64,000 bases of DNA, taken from positions 1-64,000 of the forward strand of contig CAXXFK010000035.1 in NCBI GenBank assembly GCA_963663965.2. The letters run 5' to 3'. The position numbers were made by a program, and so were the translations under genes. This stretch comes from Sedimentisphaerales bacterium. GTDB taxonomy: Bacteria; Planctomycetota; Phycisphaerae; Sedimentisphaerales; SM23-30. How positions within the stretch are numbered: the stretch's first letter is position 1; each line of letters opens with the position of its first letter. Shown piece by piece: positions 59,401 to 64,000 of the stretch. Under the pieces are notes generated by a model that did not search any database, had not been told where the DNA came from, and saw only the letters and a list, made by a program, of their open reading frames with translations.

Positions 59401-60284
59401 GATCTGGCCTCCTCAAGTCCCAATTCCTGACGAGCGACCTTCATTTCCTCCTCATTGGGCATGCGATAATGCCAGATTGGCACATTTTCCATAAATGAAA
59501 TCCCTTTGCCTTTGGTTGTATGCGCGATAATCATAGTCGGTCGGCCTGTTTCCAGGGGGATGGCCTGGAATACTTCCAGGAGCCTGCCCAGATCATGGCC
59601 ATTGACTTCCTGGACCTTCCAGCCAAAGGCTTTCCATTTATCCGCCAGCGGCTCCAGCCCGACAATCTTATCGAGCCTATCAAGCGCCTGTAACTTGTTG
59701 TAATCCACGATTCCAACCAGATTATCCAGTCCGGCCTGCGCGGCAAAAGCGGCCGCTTCCCAGACGCTACCTTCCTGACATTCGCCATCACCCATCAGTG
59801 TGAATACCCGGTAATCCTTTTGATCGATCTTGCCAGCCAGGGCCATGCCGGCGGCAAAAGCCAGACCATGTCCCAGGGCACCGGTGGAAGCCTCCACACC
59901 AGGGACTTTATACATATCCGGATGGCCGCCCAGTTCGGTGCCGGGATGGCCATGAGTAGCCAGCATTTCGTAACTGATAAATCCTTTTAAAGCCAGCACA
60001 CAATACAAGGCAACCCCGGCATGACCTTTACTCAGGATAAAACGGTCACGATCTGGTGAACCGATTGTCTTGGGAGAAACCTGTAAAATTCGATCGTAGA
60101 GTACGGTTAAAATCTCGGCGACTGACAGGCAGGTGGGGATATGCCCCCCTCCCGCTCCACAGATCGTTTCGAAAATTAACTGCCGGACTTTCTGGACCGA
60201 TTGGCGCAATTCCGACAAATTGTTCTCCGGTTCACGTTTGGTTTCAGGTTCTATTTGCGGTTCGTTTTTTTTCTTCTTTTTCAT
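59397..60284 (-). CDS. Transketolase-like protein, N-terminal (TPP-binding) subunit
   Basis: RDRFILSKGH, STGALGHG, GDGECQEG, TKGKG, WHY. Confidence 0.92.
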   Translation of the reverse strand: MKKKKKNEPQIEPETKREPENNLSELRQSVQKVRQLIFETICGAGGGHIPTCLSVAEILTVLYDRILQVSPKTIGSPDRDRFILSKGHAGVALYCVLALKGFISYEMLATHGHPGTELGGHPDMYKVPGVEASTGALGHGLAFAAGMALAGKIDQKDYRVFTLMGDGECQEGSVWEAAAFAAQAGLDNLVGIVDYNKLQALDRLDKIVGLEPLADKWKAFGWKVQEVNGHDLGRLLEVFQAIPLETGRPTMIIAHTTKGKGISFMENVPIWHYRMPNEEEMKVARQELGLEEARS

Positions 60285-60342
60285 AGGATTATTGAATTAT
60301 ATCCAGATGGATCGATCGTTCCGATACACTGAATCAAAATAA

Positions 60343-61008
60343 CTAACTGATGGTACTTAATACTTTCCAGATATATTCCGTCGCGCCGCTCATAAACATG
60401 GCAACGGCTTTGGTGGCCAGAAAAATATACAGCAGGCGGGCAATAATAAAGCCAACATAAGGACCGGTGATTTTCATCAGCCGGTCAGCATTGCGGGCAA
60501 TCAGATAAACAAAAACAAAAGTCACTGCCGCGATTAACAGCATCGTCATCCGTCCCAGGCCCTGGCTCATAATGATCGTAACCGTAATCGTACCAGGCCC
60601 CACCATAATCGGAAACGCGATCGGGAATACCGCCAACAGGCGATTATCGGCATCCTCCGCCAGCAATCCTCCATTTTTACGGGGCATAACCCCTTTTAAC
60701 GCGACAATAAACAATAAGATTCCTCCGGCCACTTTCAATTCCATTAAAGTGACACCGAAAAGATTGACCAGACACCAGTCGCCAATTAAGGCAAATGTAA
60801 CAACAATCATCAAAGCCGTTAAGACAGCCATGTTCATCACATGACTCTGCTCGGCCCTGGCAAGTTTGCGGGTCAGATCGGCATAAACCGGGATATTCCC
60901 CACCGGGTTAACCACTGCCAGCAACAGCAAGCTGTTTTTCAAGGCGACATTCAAGATATTCTGATCGCCGGTATCGGTCATAAATGTCATATTCTGGGCG
61001 AGAATCAT
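60343..61008 (-). CDS. marC: MarC family membrane protein
   Basis: NPVGNIP, AGGILLF, PIAFPIMVGPG. Confidence 0.88.
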   Translation of the reverse strand: MILAQNMTFMTDTGDQNILNVALKNSLLLLAVVNPVGNIPVYADLTRKLARAEQSHVMNMAVLTALMIVVTFALIGDWCLVNLFGVTLMELKVAGGILLFIVALKGVMPRKNGGLLAEDADNRLLAVFPIAFPIMVGPGTITVTIIMSQGLGRMTMLLIAAVTFVFVYLIARNADRLMKITGPYVGFIIARLLYIFLATKAVAMFMSGATEYIWKVLSTIS

Positions 61009-61021
61009 TGTTCCATCCCTG

Positions 61022-62023
61022 TTATTTCAACGAAATTGCCTGCATGGTTTTTATATTATAGTAACGTTTGTCCGTCATGGGACTGGGAATTCGCCCTTCA
61101 TCAAAAGCCGTCACCAGATCCCTGATCGCATCATAAATCGTATGCCCGGGTTCAAAACCCAATTCACGCTTGATTTTATCGGACGAAACATGATAGGACC
61201 GGTTATCGTCGGTCGGAGTAGTCTCGATGATTACATGATCGCCCACCACGGTGCGAACCCGATTCGCGATCTCACTGACAGTATGATTTTCATATCCGGC
61301 ATTATAGATTTTTCCGTCAATGGCCTCATCCGGCCATGCCATGGTCTGGACATATAGATCCGTCATATCCTCTATATGTAAATTGGGACGCATCTGGCTG
61401 CCGCCAAAAACAGTAATTTTACCGTTATTAACCGCGTGGTTGGTCAGGATATTGACGGTCAGGTCGAGCCGCAACCGGGGTGAATAACCGCAGACGGTGG
61501 CAGGACGCAGAATCAGGGTGACCAAACCCGGCCACTTCTCCGCCATCAGGACATCTTCGCACATGGCTTTGTATTTCGAATAATCGGTGAGCGGATCGCG
61601 GTCCAGGTCTTCAGTGACATCGACGGTATCCTTAATACCGTATACACTGGAGGAGGAGGCGTAAACGAACCGATTAATTCTGTTTTCTCTGGCGGCACGG
61701 ATCACGCCAAAAAAGGCATCGTAATTGATCGACTTGCCCAGTTGCGGATCCAGTTCAAAGCTGGGATCATTAGAGATGCAGGCCAGATGGATGACTGAAT
61801 CACAACCTTGCATTTCATGCCTAACCCGGTCTTCATCACGGATATCGGCTTTGATCTGAATTAAACCAGGATGGTCTGCAACCGATTTGAGGACATTATC
61901 CCCAAAGAGGTAAAGATCGTATACTTTCACCCGATGTCCGGCGGCCAGTAACTTGGGAACTAAAACACTGCCAACATAACCGGCGCCGCCTGTTAGAAAG
62001 ATATTTCTCGATTGGACACTCAT
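61022..62023 (-). CDS. NAD-dependent nucleotide-sugar epimerase/dehydratase (extended SDR)
   Basis: TGGAGYVG, HLACISNDP, SSSSVYG, YSKYK, RLRLDLTVN. Confidence 0.92.
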   Translation of the reverse strand: MSVQSRNIFLTGGAGYVGSVLVPKLLAAGHRVKVYDLYLFGDNVLKSVADHPGLIQIKADIRDEDRVRHEMQGCDSVIHLACISNDPSFELDPQLGKSINYDAFFGVIRAARENRINRFVYASSSSVYGIKDTVDVTEDLDRDPLTDYSKYKAMCEDVLMAEKWPGLVTLILRPATVCGYSPRLRLDLTVNILTNHAVNNGKITVFGGSQMRPNLHIEDMTDLYVQTMAWPDEAIDGKIYNAGYENHTVSEIANRVRTVVGDHVIIETTPTDDNRSYHVSSDKIKRELGFEPGHTIYDAIRDLVTAFDEGRIPSPMTDKRYYNIKTMQAISLK

Positions 62024-62047
62024 AACTTCCTCTGCAATAATACCTTG

Positions 62048-64000
62048 TCAAATAACCTGCACTGTTTCAGCTTGAAGCTGCCGTTTCAAAAAATCTTTCC
62101 AGCGATCAAGGACTTCTGCTGCGCCTTTTCGCATTGTCATGCTGTTTAAGGCTCGCTGACGAAAACGTTGCGCTATCTCAAGCCGTTCTACTTCATGTTC
62201 AAGATAATAGCGACACTTCTCTACCAGATCCGCTGCGGTATCAAAGAACACGATTTCGCGCCCGTCTTCAAAATAAGGCCGGGTTGGGGCACCATCGCGG
62301 GCCGGATCATGATTCGAGACTAACATAAATCCAGACGATAAAGCACACTCAACCAGACGCTGGTGCATTGTCGCCGACTGGCTGATATGCAGATTGATTT
62401 TGCTGAAATTATAAACTGATTTCAGCTGTTTTTCACGGTCAATCGGCCCTCGGGCATATTTCCCAAGTCTCTCATGTTTATGCCAATCATTGCCATATAA
62501 AGCCAGATCCATTCCAACATTGGCAATTGCTTCCAGATAATAACAACGCCAGGCCGCTGAATGGATGGTAATATAATAGGTGGCTACATATTTTTCAATA
62601 AATGCAATTAATTCGGGGCCAGGATTTCCTTTGATTCTTCGCAAAGCCTGTTCGAGCAAATCAGATTCATAGTAACGCAGATCACAATTTCTGGTTGCTT
62701 CCTGATGTAACCAGGTGAACAATTTAATAATCAGGTTTCTTGCGCTTTCATCGGTGAGTTGCTGTTCAATTTTTTTGAGGAAATTCGCAAACATCCCCTC
62801 TACCGCAGGATGACCGTGTTTCACAAAACTAATATCAGCCAGGAATTTCTCGCGGTCAGGATGCGTCTTTTCCAGGGGATAATACATGTTTTCATCTACC
62901 GGCAGTGGTAAAATCATGGTATGGTTCGATGGCACCTGTTTGTTTTGCATATAATCTTCTAAATAGGGACACAAACAGACAAAGAAGTCCTTATGCTCGA
63001 AACTCCCGCGCCAATCGTCCAGAGTCAGGATCTTGCCACACTTATCCTGGATATACGCAATAATCGGCAATTCTTTCGGTAGATGAGGGTAGGTCGGCCT
63101 GGCATGGCTGACCATAAACACCGCATCAGGTCTAAATTCATCTAGATATTTTTTGTAAATGGCCGGCGTCAGGTTTTGAACATCATTTTCTTCAATTAAA
63201 TACCGTGTCTGACAACCGAGGTTCTCAAAAGCGCGGCAAAAATCACTCGCACAATATTTCAGAAATGTTGTCCAACGACAGGTCACAACCAGAATTCTGG
63301 GCATGATTTTACCATCAGCAATCTGTATCAGTCGCCGGTGAAATTCATCGGAACCATAATAGTTTTCAATTCCTTCATCATCAGGAACAAGATCATCACA
63401 ATACTGATCCATATCCTGAAAGAACTTCGTTGCCAGAGCATAATTCCCGACAATTACTGCCGGAGATGGATATCGTAATGTACTTAGCAGTTTTTTGCCT
63501 TGCCGGCAGGCATGATCTCCAGTTAGTAAGACAAGATTTCTCTGGTTTATTTCATCGCTGAGATCAGATAAATACAAAAATGCCCTTGACATGCCGATAT
63601 CGGGTTCATAAACATAATGTAGCCGTTCCATGCCATGAATCCCTTTAAAAGGGCGCTTGAGACAATAGCAGATTTCCTGTCCGGAACAAATCGAGCCAAA
63701 CGCAATCGGCGCTCGTTCTTTTACCAATTTATCCAAATCATCCTGTGTCTCTTGAGACATTGTCATAAGGATTCTGGATTTCTGGTCATAAAGATGCAGT
63801 CCCTGCCACATATTAACTAAGATCAGATCTGGCCATTTGGAACATCGAATATCTTCCGCAAGTTCCGGATCAATCTGTGCCAAAGCTTTTATATTTTTTT
63901 TAAATAATTCATATCCTGCCCGGGTAGCTGCCCGTTCTCGACGATCTAAATTGAGTTGCGCCTGTAACCAGATAACCGAATAGATCGAATTTTGTTCAGG
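62048..64000 (-). CDS. CgeB-like (Glyco_trans_1_2) glycosyltransferase, 5' end outside the window
   Basis: LYGNDW, YNFSKINL, HQRLVECALSSG, FEDGREIVFF; the frame stays open from 63883 to the window end (…YELFKKNIKALAQIDPELA). Confidence 0.8.
   Translation of the reverse strand, partial: PEQNSIYSVIWLQAQLNLDRRERAATRAGYELFKKNIKALAQIDPELAEDIRCSKWPDLILVNMWQGLHLYDQKSRILMTMSQETQDDLDKLVKERAPIAFGSICSGQEICYCLKRPFKGIHGMERLHYVYEPDIGMSRAFLYLSDLSDEINQRNLVLLTGDHACRQGKKLLSTLRYPSPAVIVGNYALATKFFQDMDQYCDDLVPDDEGIENYYGSDEFHRRLIQIADGKIMPRILVVTCRWTTFLKYCASDFCRAFENLGCQTRYLIEENDVQNLTPAIYKKYLDEFRPDAVFMVSHARPTYPHLPKELPIIAYIQDKCGKILTLDDWRGSFEHKDFFVCLCPYLEDYMQNKQVPSNHTMILPLPVDENMYYPLEKTHPDREKFLADISFVKHGHPAVEGMFANFLKKIEQQLTDESARNLIIKLFTWLHQEATRNCDLRYYESDLLEQALRRIKGNPGPELIAFIEKYVATYYITIHSAAWRCYYLEAIANVGMDLALYGNDWHKHERLGKYARGPIDREKQLKSVYNFSKINLHISQSATMHQRLVECALSSGFMLVSNHDPARDGAPTRPYFEDGREIVFFDTAADLVEKCRYYLEHEVERLEIAQRFRQRALNSMTMRKGAAEVLDRWKDFLKRQLQAETVQVI

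Noticed and set aside
63894..63912. Possible fourth frameshift (A8 tract after an ATG giving MNYLKK)
   Set aside because: The glycosyltransferase frame is open through this tract to the window end, so the gene is simply 5'-truncated by the window.

Overview
Bacterial chromosomal window. It most likely comes from a Planctomycetota (Phycisphaerae/Sedimentisphaerales-like) genome. This is inferred from a prepilin/H-X9-DG protein, a PEP-CTERM protein, a LamG protein with dockerin-like repeats and a bacterial Top6A. Positions 1-48.5 kb hold housekeeping, DNA-repair and signalling genes (rmuC, recO, top6A, def, rpsT, nfo, rsmE, nfi, ftsH, lptE, bamD, trpB2, sppA, galM, two HD-GYP proteins, an FHA-GAF kinase, a sigma-54 activator), plus tRNA-Lys(CTT) and a complete group IIC intron inserted behind a terminator. 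From 48.5 kb to the window end is one minus-strand nucleotide-sugar/glycan tailoring cluster. It encodes three radical SAM/SPASM enzymes, a split transketolase, two DegT aminotransferases, formyl-, acetyl-, methyl- and GNAT transferases and a CgeB-like glycosyltransferase; three of these genes are broken by +1 frameshifts at G/C homopolymers. The strongest unexplained signals are: (i) a composite DNA site, CCAAACGAA(C/G)CCA-N19-TAA-N19-TTR, found five times in two arrays of about 190-bp period (all five have TAA after exactly 19 nt, four end in TTR); (ii) a complete promoter/leader-peptide/attenuator unit controlling a 64-aa orphan ORF; (iii) a promoter-driven sRNA candidate of about 115 nt with a G-U-rich 20-bp stem and an anti-SD-like loop; (iv) probable phase variation in the glycan cluster. 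No database searches were possible; all calls rest on motif recognition.
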